From the NCBI RefSeq assembly GCF_964204645.1, contig NC_134027.1:26684560-26748559 (forward strand): a stretch of 64,000 bases of DNA, given 5' to 3'. The stretch comes from Tubulanus polymorphus. Taxonomy: Eukaryota; Animalia; Nemertea. The position numbers and the translations under genes were made by a program. This document shows positions 13,012 to 26,984 of the stretch, one piece after another (position 1 is the first letter of the stretch; each line of letters begins with the position of its first letter). The notes beneath the pieces are model-generated. The model was not told the DNA's origin. It did not search any database and was given only the letters and a program-made list of their open reading frames with translations.

Positions 13012-16000
13012 ATGGCATCTGGAAAAGATAAACATCTCGATCTGTCGTCATTTGTGATAATGAAAGATAAGAAAAAAGCTGGTGTCAATCTGACAGATGC
13101 CTCTGATTGTGGTGAGTTCTTGTTAAAGTTTAAACCCGATCGATGTGATGACATTGATGTCAATCGTTTTCCTATTTTTTACCATCATGGCATCATCAAA
13201 TACTGTACATTCGTTCAGATTTTGGTTTCCCAATTAGATTATTCATCTAACCTCACAACCTTTTAAGTTTTGCCCTTAACACTGTAGGCAGCCAGTTGGA
13301 GACTCAAACCCGCTTGTCACCCCCTCCCAGCCCAGCCCCAGCGCTCACACACTGATAATGAATGCAACAGTTTATCCTGAGCTGAGGCCGCTGACAGTTG
13401 ACTTATATGGACAATATTTCTACCTCTTTTTTAAATATTTTCAGATAACGCCACTAAGAAGATTATTCGACATATATTTGGTGGTCAGGAAGAGTGAGTT
13501 ATTCAGTCATAAACATTGATTGTGTACGATATTTACATTTCATCAACTTTTCTATAAATTTTCTTTTTCAATTAGGAAAGTGTTAGATTTAAATAATCTA
13601 TCTGAGCACATTCAGGATGTTCTTAATATCACTGTTGAAACTCAAGTAAAAGGTTTGTCAGAATTTTGTTGATTTATTTCTGCTCCATTATTTTTACTGA
13701 AACAAGTGTGAAGTTTCTCGTATTTTTCATTATAGATTCAAAATATAACACGAATATGGGTTTAATTGGACCGGATGTTGTGGCGTTTGATATCAATTCA
13801 AATGTGGGCACATTATTCATCGAAACTGATAAACTCGGTGTAAGTTACTATTTCGAAGAGAATCCTGGAGATTTTATTTGCACATTGGAAATGTGGTTTT
13901 GAAAAATGTTTTATATTTCAGGTGACGAGTCACAGTAATTTCAGCACAATTCGAGCGAATACTTGCGTTTTTAAAGGTATTCTCATTTTGTGACGATACA
14001 CATGTAAGATTTAGAGATTTCTAATATAATTTTCTACAACTTTTATTCAGGGAAATGGATTTATGAAGTGATGTTAGGGTCTAAAGGTGTCATGCAATTA
14101 GGTTGGAGCACGATAAACTGCAAGTTCTCACAAGATGTAAGTTATTTCGGTAACAATTGTTAATGCAAACCATGATTGAGATATCGTGTTAAATGGTTTG
14201 AGATATTTCAGGAAGGTGTTGGTGATACTCCGGATTCGTACGCCTATGATGGAAATCGTTTGAGGAAGTGGAATGTTAAAACGCAGAAGTACGGCGAGGT
14301 TTGTACGATAGTTAGAATTTTGGTCGAACTACCGGTATTTATAGGTTTTTAGATTATTTGTAATCATATGTTGATTACCTATCTATTTTTCTAGGCTTGG
14401 TTAACTGGTGATGTGATCAGTTGTGCTATTGACTGTGATAAAGGAACTATTACATTTTACAGGTATAGAACGAACTGCACCTGCCACGGAGCTGATTGCT
14501 TCAGATTATCAATTTTCCTACTCCAATTCATATAATGATGAAAAACTCCTTCTAAACTGAAAATGCTTGAAACTGCTTTAATTCGAGCAAAACACCCAAA
14601 ACTCCTTCAATTTTGAGGAATAGGCCATTAGAAATTTTTGTCTAATTTGTAGTCGTACAGTAAATTGCACCTAAATTGGATCAGTACAGTTGGCTCCAGG
14701 ATAGTACCTATTTAGGGGGAGTGATGCAGTTATTTGGATATGAACGTGATGCAGACGCTTCCTCAAAATTTGAAACATTTTTCCTCTAAAACTTCTTGAA
14801 AACCAGGAATGACTGATCTGATTCTGATTCTGACCCTGATTCTAATATATATGTATGACTTATTATTTTGAAGGAATGGGAGATGTTTGGGTAAAGCGTT
14901 CACGACTCTTCGTTCAGGATCGGGTCTCGCTTATTTCCCGGCTGTTAGTTTATCTATCGGTGAAAACCTACGCGTAAACTTTGGTGCTACTCCTCTGCGT
15001 TATCCGATAGAAGGCTACCGTCCTCTACAACAACCCCCGACCGCTGACTTGGTGAAAGCGCAAGTTTTATTCGGTTTTCTGGAATCATTACTTCCTTCGC
15101 TCGTCGAATTTCCGAAGGTGAATGAAATTCTATTTTCGTTTTAAACACGTAATGAACTTTGCGAACTAATTCGTTGTTCTTACACCGTTTTCAGGAATAT
15201 CCTCAAACAGCAGCAGCAACAGTTCCTAAAACATCTGAAAATAAAAGTTCTAAAAGATGCACGTATATGGTGATAGCTGCTCACATATTTGAGAGGCTTT
15301 CACCTCTTCTGGTAGGTTTAAAACACCCTTCGTTTTACCCCCACAAACTAAATAATACCTGAAGATATCAAAGTCTCAGGCCACTAAGTGTCTATAAAAA
15401 ACCTAAAATACTGAAGATTCTTAATGAAAACTTTCTGTCTATCTTAATTAATCAATACATTTCAAATTCTGAAGATAGGTAGATGCATTCTATCAGAAAT
15501 TTCAATTGAAACAGTTTATAATCATTTATCTTCAATATCGAGAGTCTAACCTGGTATAAATACATAGTGTACATGTATTGGATGATATGATATTTTTATG
15601 AACAGAGTAAGGCCTATGTAGTGGAAGCGTGTTTGCTCAAGTTTATGTTGAAATTCTGTGATGCGAGAGCTCATTTAAAAGATCAGCCGTACATGGAAGA
15701 GATGTTAGATTTAATGGGCGGAATGATGCAAGATTATGAATTACGCGCGTGTCTCGAACATTTAGTCGTGACGCTTCTCGCCGCTTATCGATTCTCACCA
15801 GTTCTACCTGATTTCAGATTCCAGGTACAGTCAATACGTATTGACCGCTGATTATATCACTGTTCGCGTAATGCGATTATTATTACGTGTAATTTGTAAT
15901 ATTACTTTCAGCAAATGTACCTCATACTAACACTAGCTGTATTACGACATAACAGAACCAGAAGATATTTGCTCAAATCAGTTTTATATCCTTTTATGAA

Positions 16001-19000
16001 CGCGTTATTTTAAATTTAGAGTTCCGTTCATATTTTTGCGGATATTTTAACCTTAATGAATCGTTTACATTTGACAAGATCAAATTCCCGATATTCCTGC
16101 ACGTAAAACCTCCCGACGACGCCGGCCTCATCGATATAATTCCATCTGTGTGGTGGGGATTCCCGAAAAAAGTGAGTAGAATTGTTCCTCAATATTTAGT
16201 AACGGCGTTACTGATCATATATAAATTCAATTCAAAATATCTTTATTATTCCGTAATGCTTTACATTATTGGTTTTGCACAATAAAGATGAGAAAAAAAA
16301 AAAAAAACAGTATAAAATATGAGAAATTCCTTAACAGTATTTACATTTTGTACATGATAGGAAATTATATACATATCTGGCATAGTTAAGTATTGTTTCT
16401 TTATTTACAGCGCGTTTGTTTTGCTAAGCCAAATATATTTGCCAAGGTTATGAGCCATCAGGGGTGAAGACATAATGGTGATAAATTTGTTTATATGATT
16501 GAATGAATTATATATTGTTTATTTGTACAGGAAGATGATGAAGACGTCATCCCGGATCGGGAGGACGATCGTAACAGTCGCGAAGCGTATTTAAAAGCCT
16601 GTAAAGAATTACGTTTAAAAGTGAACGTTTTGGAAGAAATACAAGTGGAAATTCTACGCGTTCTGCTACAGATGAACGACTGCGAACAGGGCGCGTCATC
16701 GCGAGTTATATTCTTAGAAAAACTCAGAGATTATCTGAAAGAAAACTTTGATTCAGGACGGGTTCGTAGTTCGTAGTCGTTTGTACGAGTGATTATAAGA
16801 TTATACGTTTTTAAATGAAATAAAACGTCTATTTTTAGGGTTCTCTCGGTTACAATCAGGCTCCGTTACCCGTAACGTTATGTTTCTTCCATCGATTGAT
16901 TCAAGCTGTTCGACATTATTGGGATGAATACCACACCGCTCACCCAGCTGACTTGACTAAAAGCTCAGGTTACATTCATATTTCACTCATGTATTGATTG
17001 CTAGGAAAAGACAGTTGAGGTCCAATGATAGTAAATTGAATAAGAAAGACAGTCGATGATTTAACAACTTATTCTGATTTTCATTTCTCTGCTGATGAAG
17101 TTTAGTCAAAACTCAGAGTCAGAATAAATTGTTAAATCATCAACTGTGGGTTTTGTTTATTAACTCTCTGAAATATTGAGATCAATATCTGTGTATCAGT
17201 AAAATTTCTGTATTATCATAAACCTTTTGATCAATTGTGGGATTTCATGTATCATGGTTTGAAGTGATTCATCATTGATTGCATTTTACTATATATCGGA
17301 AATACGTTTTATATTTCAGAAGCTGTCGTTCCTTGCCATCGATTCTTCGATAAGAGTATTAAATATTTTGAAATCCAGCGTCTTGGAGGTTTAATGTCTC
17401 ATCTACAGAAAACATACAAAGGTTAATTAATATAACTGTGCGACTGTTAAAATTTTCACAGACGAGTAACTATTCACCTGATGAAGCTTCTATACATTTG
17501 TAGCGAAAGCTTGTGCGTCAAATAAATAGTTAACCTATATATTACTACTCGTCTCGTTACTTGATATAACTATGCAACTCTAAATGTTTTCACAGCAGTT
17601 TCACGGCTTTTCTTCTAATCATTGTAAAATGTATTTATAGATGAAATTCAGAAAGTGTTGGATGAAGTCGGCGTCAGCAAATCTAGTAAAGAATCTTCCG
17701 GTTGGTAAAATTCCTCGAGTAGAAATTTGTCATTAACCGTCGTATTTTCGATGATCGGATTTATTTTCAGAATGCGTATACGACAAACTGACCGGATTAC
17801 GTTCGCTTTTGATGTCGAGGAAAAAATCGGTCGACAAAGAAAAAGAGAAACAAGAAGAATTAGAAAGACAACAGTTGACGACTGAACGAGCTTCGTTAGA
17901 GGAGATACTAGATGGTATTATAATGATGTATCATATAGCTGTTCATAAACAGCTCAGTAAGGTTAGTGTCTCACCAGCGTGTAAGATGTAGGATACGTTA
18001 CTGCAGTTGCAGTTGCTCAAAAGCTGGTGAAAGTTCACTATAGTGGATGATAAATACTACAGTTTATAATTGCCACTATATTACTTATCTGTTGGTTACC
18101 TTTTGAGCTACTGGATCCAGTTCCACAGCTGTGAGTTTGAATTAACTCTGAGATGGACTTAGTTCATTTTAATGAGTTAACTAAGAGCTCCGGAACTAGG
18201 TCCTGAATACCAGTATTGTCTCTGGGTACAACACTAATCTCATCGCCTCTCTCCTTCCACAAGCAATTTGATCTATGGTCTGAATGATGAATTGTTGTAG
18301 CTCGGCTTTTATTTATAAATGATAATGATACCAATTTATAATAGATCTAATCACGACAATACTTGCAATATTTGAACTGTGAGTTGTTTATATTTGTCTT
18401 ATAGATGTGCACACTAAGAGAGGCTGTCGATGAGTATGTATCAGCATTGAGTGACACAGAAGACAAACTGAAACGTTGTAATGAAGAAGTAAGTTCTACA
18501 TCTACTGCAGTATTGAATAATGAAATTGACTATTAAACTAGAAAAAATCTAGAAAATATAAGGGGATTTGTGAATGGGCTGAAAGTGGTCACTCTGTTAT
18601 TGATTATACATTTGTTTATCTGTTATAACATATCATTGTTTATGTTTTTTCATAGCTTCCAGAAGTAAAGACAGAATTAGAACGAGCTCGTGAAGTTTTC
18701 ATAGATAAATTGTCGGAATTATCCCGTCACATGTCATGGGTTATAGCTATCATCTACTCTAGAGTGAGTTGAATATCATTGATTCACTAGGTTTTTTTCA
18801 ATTATGAATACGACGAATATTGTGTAATTTATTTGCAGGAGAAACAAGAAGATGTTTTCTGGTTATTTCAAGTAGTATTGCGATCGATAGAACAAGCCGA
18901 TGTTCAGGGTTCACTAATAGCCTTCGTGCCTGATTTCTACATCGATGTCTGTATCAATACAGCGAGCGCTTTGAACAACTTCTTCGCTCCAACAATCCCG

Positions 19001-22000
19001 TTAAACGCTCTACGCGGTTTTAATTCGGTTCTGCGACGATACGCTTTGTTTCTCAGTAAATATTTTGCCGATACGCGTATCGTGAACTCAGGTTTGTGTG
19101 AATCGATATCTACATGAATTCCGTTATCTATATTGAACCTCATGGCTCAATGATCACTCAAATGATTTTCAGATTCTAAAGATACATTGGTGCAGGCTCT
19201 GGCAGCTTTTGTATGCTATGCCAAATCACTGCGAGCTCTAGAATCTCTGCCTGCTGACAAGTAAGTATCCATGCTGATGTGAGATGATTCTAATCTCATA
19301 TTATTACCCGGTACCCGGTATTAATAGTGAAGAAACTTGTCACGCTACTCCTCTTAAGCCACAGCAACTAGAGTTATCAAATCTGGCATTCACGTCTGGA
19401 AATGTGCATAGAATGTCTTTAAGGGTTAACATTTTTCGAAGCATTTTGTACATCATTGACGTTACAGCGATTTCTACCAATGCTGTGGTCAGGTTTTTGC
19501 TAGTTTCTACAATGTCTGTTGTTTCAGATGTATCAAATTGATTGAGAATCTACTTGCACCATACGAAAATAGATCTTGGGGACAGACGAATTGGATTCTC
19601 GTCAGATTTTGGAAGGTATGCTTCAATCGCCAATGCGTTGAATGCAGATTGTTTGAAATCAATATAACAGCCTATACATGTATTTCAAATGTTTTAGGGT
19701 TGTGGATTTGCATACAGATACACGCAGTTACCCCACCAACAAGGAAAAACAAACTCGCAGCCCGATATACTTCAACGTACGTATTCATTAGTTTTATGCG
19801 ACGCACGATCATCGTCAAATCAGTAAATCATTAATCTTTTGTGTATTTTAGGTGTTTGTCCATCCAGATTTTATCAGAATATGATTCGCGAATATTTACT
19901 CGCTGATTGGGAACGTTCTGTGAAGTTTCTCGATAGTTTACTCAATCAATTAAATTGGTCTTTCTCAGAGTTTATCGGCATGTTACAAGAGGTAATTACT
20001 GAAACTGGTTCAATAGTTCTCAGTTTATATTTGACTCAAATTGTGCAAACTGGTTCCTGAAATAGTCGCGGTAGTTGTGATGATCGTTATGTTGACTTAC
20101 ACTTGAGTTGCTCATATACAGAGCTGCCAACTGTTCCTTATTTTCCAGTATTTGTTACTATTTTATGATGAGAGATACTGATTAATTTGAACAGAAATAT
20201 GAAACATGTTACTGAGGGTCTTACTGTTGATTACTGATTGATTTGTACAGAAATATGTTACTGAGGGTCTTATGTTGATTACTGATTGATTTGAACATTT
20301 TCTTTCATATTTCAAAAGGAAATGTTACTGAAAAAAATTCAATTTGTTACTGATAGTACATTTTAGAGGTTGGCAGCCCTGAATATATATTGTGACTCAG
20401 AAATAGCGACTACTTCAGTAATGATCCGATATTTGACTGTTTGTTGTTGCTATAGTTACAGCAGTATGCTTCTCGTCCTGAACGTTTGATGGTCGACAAT
20501 CGGCAATTAAAGATTTGCGCGATATGTTTCGATATCACTGTCCGTCTGTTGAGAGTGTTAGAAATGGTGATACATTTAGTGCCGCAATTCTTCACAGATT
20601 GGACGCAACCTTCTTCAGAGTCGTTGATAGCTCGATTGTTTCAATGTATATGTCAAGTAATGAATCGAATAGTCACTAGGACTGGTGTATTTGAGACTGT
20701 GATACAAAGTGAACTCCCAGGTAATTATTCAATCTTTAAATCTCATTTTCGTCGATTATTTTTCGCCGCTTGTCCTATTATTAAATCTGTTATGTTTTCT
20801 ATGAAACAGGACTCGAGTCTGTGGATCACTTTCCTATTCTAGCCTCAGTGGCTGGTATACTCGTTCAGTTGATTGTAAAAGGTTCTCCTAAAAGGTAAGT
20901 TGTATGCTACTAGGCCGAGTTTCATAGATACAGGGGTGAAATTATGCCTGGGAACATTTTGAAATTTATCAGTTATTTCCATGGTTTCTCGTGGTTGTCA
21001 CACCTGGGGCCAGTTGCACAGTCGAGACTTAAGTCCAAAAGTGGTCTTAAGCTTTTAGATTAGCTGTATAACTAAGATAGTCTTAGACTAGTCTTAAGTC
21101 TAAGCCATGACTATGGAACTGGCCCCTGGTTGAGGATTTACCACTAGGGTAATTTTTATACCCGGTCTATGAAACCAGGCCCGTGTTGAGAATTCACCCG
21201 TAGGGGTTATTTTGATACCCGGTCCGGACCCGTATTAATGGTTATTTAACATTTTGTTCGAAGTCAAGAATGTGCGACTGCCGCGATTATAGCTGAACCA
21301 AGTTTTCAGTTGTCTTCGTTAGATTATTTACTGGATAATTCACACCATGACGAAACTGCAACCGACAAAAAACGATTTTCCTTCAGAAAATGTAAGCGCC
21401 GACACAAATCTGCTGTTCTTCAAAACGATTATGATTTCACTCTATGAATTAAGATTAAATCATTATTTATTTTATTAGATCCTAAAGAAGTGAATGCTGA
21501 GGAAATTCAATCTGTGATCGACTTGATTTCTCATCTTAAATGTCAACAGCAGCTTTCTAGAGAACAGTTACAGGTATGTTATATCAATCTACCGGAGTAG
21601 TCGTATATTTTAGGTTGTGTATGAGATTGTATATTATTTTGTAGTCTCCTGACGAGGATGAACTATGTACTATATGCTACGCTAGTCGACTTTCGGTAAC
21701 GTTTAAACCGTGTGGACATCAATCGTGCAAGTAAGTAAATCTTATCATCAAAAACATACGATTGTCACATTTAGCTACGGGGTTCTTATAGATCCGGGAC
21801 AGTCGTAGGAATTCTTACTTTTCTTTTCTTGGAAATCGGGAAAAAGTCAGGATATTTGAATTTTTGGTATCTTGTTGTTCTCACCGGTGTTGAATAGCAC
21901 AATCCCACTCCCACCGAGATATCTTATACTTTAATCAAAGAATTTTTGTTTGGTCAAGGATCAGGGAATTTAGGATACCGTAAGAACCCTCGAAATACTG

Positions 22001-22140
22001 TTTTCTAAGACTGAAATTTTATCGATGTCTGTTTCAGGAAATGTATATCACAACATCTATTGAACAAAAAAGAATGTTTCTTCTGTAAAACAGTCGTTGA
22101 ACGTCTTGAAGAATTCAATGGAAAACAAATTAAAATTTGA
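13012..22140 (+). CDS. RNF123: E3 ubiquitin ligase RNF123/KPC1 (SPRY plus C-terminal RING), multi-exon
   Basis: SPRY motifs ([43 protein letters not shown]), central [31 protein letters not shown] and [33 protein letters not shown]...PCGHQSC...CFFCK, stop at 22138-22140. The exact start codon is less certain. Confidence 0.93.
15986..16068 (+). other. U12-type AT-AC intron in RNF123
   Basis: 5' ATATCCTTTT, branch-point-like CCTTAAT at 16051-16057, 3' AC. Removing it gives the in-frame peptide LLKSVLFDKIKFP. Confidence 0.9.
16224..16500 (-). mobile_element. Probable 5'-truncated LINE 3' fragment in an RNF123 intron
   Basis: Minus strand reads [22 protein letters not shown], resembling non-LTR ORF2 C-termini, followed by AATAAA and a short TTGAA-type tail. 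Confidence 0.4.
17475..17515 (+). ncRNA. Minimal type I hammerhead ribozyme motif (Penelope-like) in an RNF123 intron
   Basis: CAC-CTGATGA-A-GCT...AGC-GAAA-GC-TT-GTG: intact core, helix I CAC/GTG, palindromic AAGCTT helix III, enclosed by inverted flanks AGACGAGTA/TACTCGTCT. Confidence 0.6.
20119..20381. mobile_element. Non-autonomous DNA transposon (CAGRGCTGCCAAC TIR)
   Basis: CAGAGCTGCCAAC...GTTGGCAGCCCTG. A related copy starts near 29334. Confidence 0.65.
20912..21182. mobile_element. MITE with a second MITE nested inside
   Basis: Host is homologous to 10426-10583 (GTTTCATAGA...TCTATGAAAC). Insert at about 21007-21125 is flanked by CTG on both sides. Confidence 0.75.
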
Positions 22141-22599
22141 TGACAACGAATTGAATATATTACGATTAGATGTAATGTTTTTATCAATATTGAAAGCAGC
22201 TATCAATTTTAGTTCTGAAGAATATTCTAGGCTTGTTAAATATGTTTGACCGCCGTGGCATATTAAAAACACTGATCAATTTCCCTTTAAATGAATATCT
22301 GTTGATTAAACAGTGCCTTGAAAAGGTTTGAACAGGGAACTCGTCGCACACTGCTAAATCTCTTTAGATCTGTTGGCAGAATGGAATTTATTTATCGATT
22401 CCGTCCAAATTGTTGTCAGTAATGTAAGCATAGACTATACAACAAATATACTAAATCTATCTAATGTAGGTCCTTAATTTGTCAATATATTAAATCAGCA
22501 TCTCTTGTTGTAAATTATATTTGACCCTCCTATGCACATTAGTAAATTACACTCACTTATTAGTTTTCAATATTTTAGTTTGTGCCAATATCATCATAC

Positions 22600-22853
22600 C
22601 AGGCGTGGATCCAGAGGGGGGTTTCAGGTGTCGTGACCCCCCCCTGCTCAGCTACCAAAAAAGATTTTTTATCGTTTTCTTGAAGAAATGTACTAAGGAC
22701 AAAGTGGGCAGATAGTACCACATAATCAGTACCATATCATCTTATGTTCGGCCAAACAATATGCCGTATAGGCCCCGGCTATCAATAGAGATTTTAGTCG
22801 ACAGTTTAACATTTTTGAATATTAAACTGGTGAAAATCCTGGATCTGCGCCTG
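22600..22853. mobile_element. Non-autonomous DNA transposon with a 5-bp TSD
   Basis: TIRs CAGGCGTGGATCCAG/CTGGATCTGCGCCTG, flanked by CATAC at 22595-22599 and 22854-22858. Confidence 0.8.
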
Positions 22854-24766
22854 CATACTATCAATCTTTACTTGCATCGGCTCCAATCAGAGTTTTGAGT
22901 ACATGTATAATGTAGTATTCTCCTTCCTATAATAGAAGTCTCTGTATATGGTGTAACTTTGTCTGAAACCTCTGTTGCCTGTGTCAAATAATTATGTACA
23001 TAATTTATGCAAAGTGAATCAGGAATAATGTATTGTAAAGTATAATAAAATATAATGTATTTTAATCATGCAATGAAAATTCATTAAGCAAATTTTGTAA
23101 ACGCGTTTGTTGGTTATATATTGTTAATTAGGACTAAGGATATCCGAGATGGATTAGAACTCTCTGAAAGGGGTGGACTAGAAATATATCTCTGATAGGG
23201 ATGGACTAGAACTAGAGGATCGACTCATGAAAAGAAACAACCCAGTCTCACTGATTCCCAGGCTATTAGGGTGTAGGATAAATTCTGAATTGACCTGAAA
23301 CCTATCGAGTTCTTTGGCCTGTATTGGTTGAGGGGCTCGAATTGCAGAAGGTTAAAAGCTTGTTTAAGTCGATTTTGACAGATCCAGAATGTCGGCTTTT
23401 TGAATCGTAGTTAGGCCTGCTGTACTTCTAGCTGGTCATACTAATTAGCGTCAACAACTGTCAACGGGCCAGTGTTACGTACAGTGCCGTTGATATAATC
23501 GCATAAATAAAAGCTTGTCGGCGGACCAGTTGGTGGGATTATTGATTGGGTTGAAAAAAGAAGTAGATTACAAGATTACAAGAATAAAACACAGGGCTCG
23601 TATCAGAGTTGTAGGTAGTATAAAAACTGTTGATTAACAGACGCTGGATTAACAGATTATCGTTTTTACACTACCTACAACTCCATTGGATCCCTGGGTG
23701 AAACTGATCGGACAACAGCAATGCCCACGGCCCAGTTTCATAAAAAGGTTTAACACTAAAATCGATAGAATTTTTTCAATTATTCAGTTTATCTTAAATC
23801 GATTATTAGGCCTCAATCCAGGAGTTGTATATTAAACTTAACAAATTTCAAAATCAATCATATTTATTCTCATACAACAATTATCAATTATACAAAATAC
23901 CAGGAGTGCTCGAGGAATTATAATGTAAGCTCCTCAAACACGTGGACTTTCAAAAACAACTAGTCCAACCACCATAAGCTTATAAACTATAAACAAGAGT
24001 TTATATGCCCATGGTCCAACCATAGACTCTAAAACAAAAAAGTCCAACCATGGACTCAATTGTCCATGGCCCCCGCACTAAAACCAGAGATAAACCTGGC
24101 CAAATACTCTGGAAAGCGTAGGATTAAATGATCAATCTGATTTACATTCTTACATCATTTTATTTCCACACATCATATTATTAACTTTTAGCGTATTTTC
24201 TCAAATTTTAATAGTAATTTTATTTCTATTACTATGAAGTTGTATTAACTTTAAAACCATAAAAGTTACATGTAAGGTATTTAGAAGTCTTTATCTATGA
24301 TACATTTCCACTACAGCTGATTTATACAATTTACATCAATAGGAAAATAACAAAATACACAAAGAATTATAAACTTTGATGTATAAAAGACTGACAATTG
24401 GACTAGTCTGAAAGTCTAGGATTATGAATTTGACACTTCAATATAACCAACACTTGATTATATTTCATGAAATATGGATCTATCATGTCAACTTTTCAAA
24501 TTACATCGAGATTGAGGATATCTCCTCAATTATAAAGAAAAAGCTCAACTATATTCGATAGCACAGTGTAAAATATGCAGAATTGTTAAAATCGGGAATC
24601 GAACTTAAATATGCGGAAGTTACTGCCAACCAAAATAATAGCAAAATTATTTAGCATACGATGTAGCATATACAGTGTATACGATTTCGGTACTTCCGTT
24701 TCGTCGAAACGCTCTTTCTAAAACGGCACCCTAATTACCGAAATATCATCATTTATTTATCGCGAG

Positions 24767-26556
24767 ATGTTCTCACCTGGTTCTGATTCACCAATGATGG
24801 TTGGATCACCTGGAGGTGGAGGAGGTACTCCAGGCAATCTACAGTCTCCATATTTACCGAGTTATTTACTGGGTGAACCTCCATCCGCTCTTAAATCTAC
24901 CGCGGTAAGTAGTAAAGTATATCTATACTGTGTTTAACAAATTGAATTTTATTGTCTTGAAAGCCATCTAAAGTTCTCTATTCTCTCATTTTTGTCTGAC
25001 TTTTTAGTCGCCAAGATTATGGGGAACTCCTAGCGGATACAGTCCTCCAAAATCAGTGAAATCTCCGAGCAGCAGTGGCGGAGTCGCGGGTATAGGTGGC
25101 GCTTCTTTCTCTACTCCTCGCACAGATTACAGTCAACGTAAAGATAAAACTGCTGCTCCGCCCGTTCAGGGTCTGTACGATCAAATAACTACACCAGGTG
25201 GCGCTGCCAGTAGTCCATTTCATGGACACAATCAGGTAACTACTTGCATCTATCTGATGTGAGGATTAGTAACCTACTGGACTAAACATTCAATAGTTGT
25301 GTGCTTTTATTTTTAGCCTGATTTTAATTCAAGTCAACTTAACTCTTCATCAATATACAATAGAAGTATCAATAGTAAGTGTTAACCCACCTGCCCGGAC
25401 CCTTGCCCCGGTCGGCCTCCGGGCATTACCCCCTGGCGACCCCCTACTCGCCCTGGTTGGCCCCCGGCACTCACCCCTGGTGACCCCCTACTCACCCTGG
25501 TCGGCCCCCAGGCACTCACCCCAGTTGGCCTTCCAGTCACAATTCTCTCTAAAAGATTGTATTGTTTATTGTGTTTAATAGGAGTTCCTCAAACTGGATT
25601 ACTATTTAATAACGCACCACCACAGACAGTGACTGCTACAGCTTCCAGCCCAACACAGATCGATCCATTCTATACACAGGGTGAAGCTATTACACCTGAT
25701 GAAGTACTGAATGAAACTTGGGTTACAATATTCGGGTGAGAATACTACCTACCACCCCTGTTAGTCAGTGCGGGCGATCAGATTCTAAATATATTTGTAA
25801 CGTCGTTTTTATTTTTGTCCCAGGTTTCCTCCAGCCGCGACATCGTTCATATTACAACAATTCTCACAATACGGCAACATTCTCAATCATGTGGTAATTA
25901 ACAGATTCAGCGCTTCTAATCAGAAATCATCTTTTCAAATGTCTGTTTGGTGTTATTTAACGGTTACGTTTGTTGTTTAGATATCGGCTGAAGGTAATTG
26001 GATGCATATTCAATATCAATCTAAAATACAAGCCAAAAAAGCGTTGAGTAAAAATGGAAAGGTTTTCGGTAATGGAATCATGGTCGGAGTGCAGATGTGT
26101 ATAGACGTTGTAAGTGATGTTCAATTATCTTCTAAAGACAGATTTAAATTTGTGACATGGGAGAAAGTTTCATGTTTGGATTATTCGTTTTATTTACAGT
26201 CGGTTATGAACGTTGGAAATCAGTGCAATCAATCTAATTTAAATACGCCTATAACCGGTGCTAGAGGTACTCCGATAGGTGGCGCTGCTAGAGGTACCCC
26301 GATTAGACCGTTAACGGCTGCCTATATAGCTGCCAGCAGTGATCATCAGGTAAATATTAGAATTTCGCTACCATAACTCGATCAGAGCCCGAGATCAAAG
26401 TCTGAGATCCGAGTCTTTTCGGATAAATATCGGAGTTATGTTTTCCATGTTTATAAATAGATGGCGTTGATTTTTCAGGTAACCAATCAGTGCACTACGC
26501 CGCAGAAAAATTCTGGTATAATCGGTAAAGCAATGGAGTATATGTTTGGCTGGTGA
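24767..26556 (+). CDS. NUP35: Nucleoporin NUP35/NUP53
   Basis: PMMVGSP, YLPSYLLG, APPVQGLYD, PTQIDPFYTQGE, RRM-like WVTIFGFPPAATSFILQQFSQYG and NWMHIQYQSKIQAKKALSKNGKVFG, C-terminal KAMEYMFGW-stop. Confidence 0.95.
25390..25530. repeat. Degenerate C-rich tandem repeat in a NUP35 intron
   Basis: Recurrent CCCTGGTCGGCCCC and GGCACTCACCCC units. Confidence 0.6.
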
Positions 26557-26984
26557 CTTTTCGCAGAAATGACTCTACGCTTTTTAAACAGCACCGTTCT
26601 GTATCGATTGTGTTCAAATCAACTGCCGAATCTACATGTATTACTTACTTAGGAATAATGAATGAATTTATAGATGATAATAAACGAATATACGGTAGTT
26701 CATCAATTTGGTCAGTAATTATCCTACGTTGCATGATGCAATTGAGGAGTTTCAAGAAGGAAAGGATAGTGATATGTATGAACAGCTCCAGGTATTTGTG
26801 GACAAATTAGAATTCATTCATCAATCATAGCTAAGTAGTGAGATATCTTAACCTCCTGTCTTGTCAGTACCTCTCTTTCCCTTCAGTATGTCTCTATCTC
26901 CTGGGTCTGCCTTGGCATTTGTCTCCCAATCTCCTGGACGTGCCTCTCAATCTGGACCTGTCTTAGCGTGTCTCCTATTCTCTT

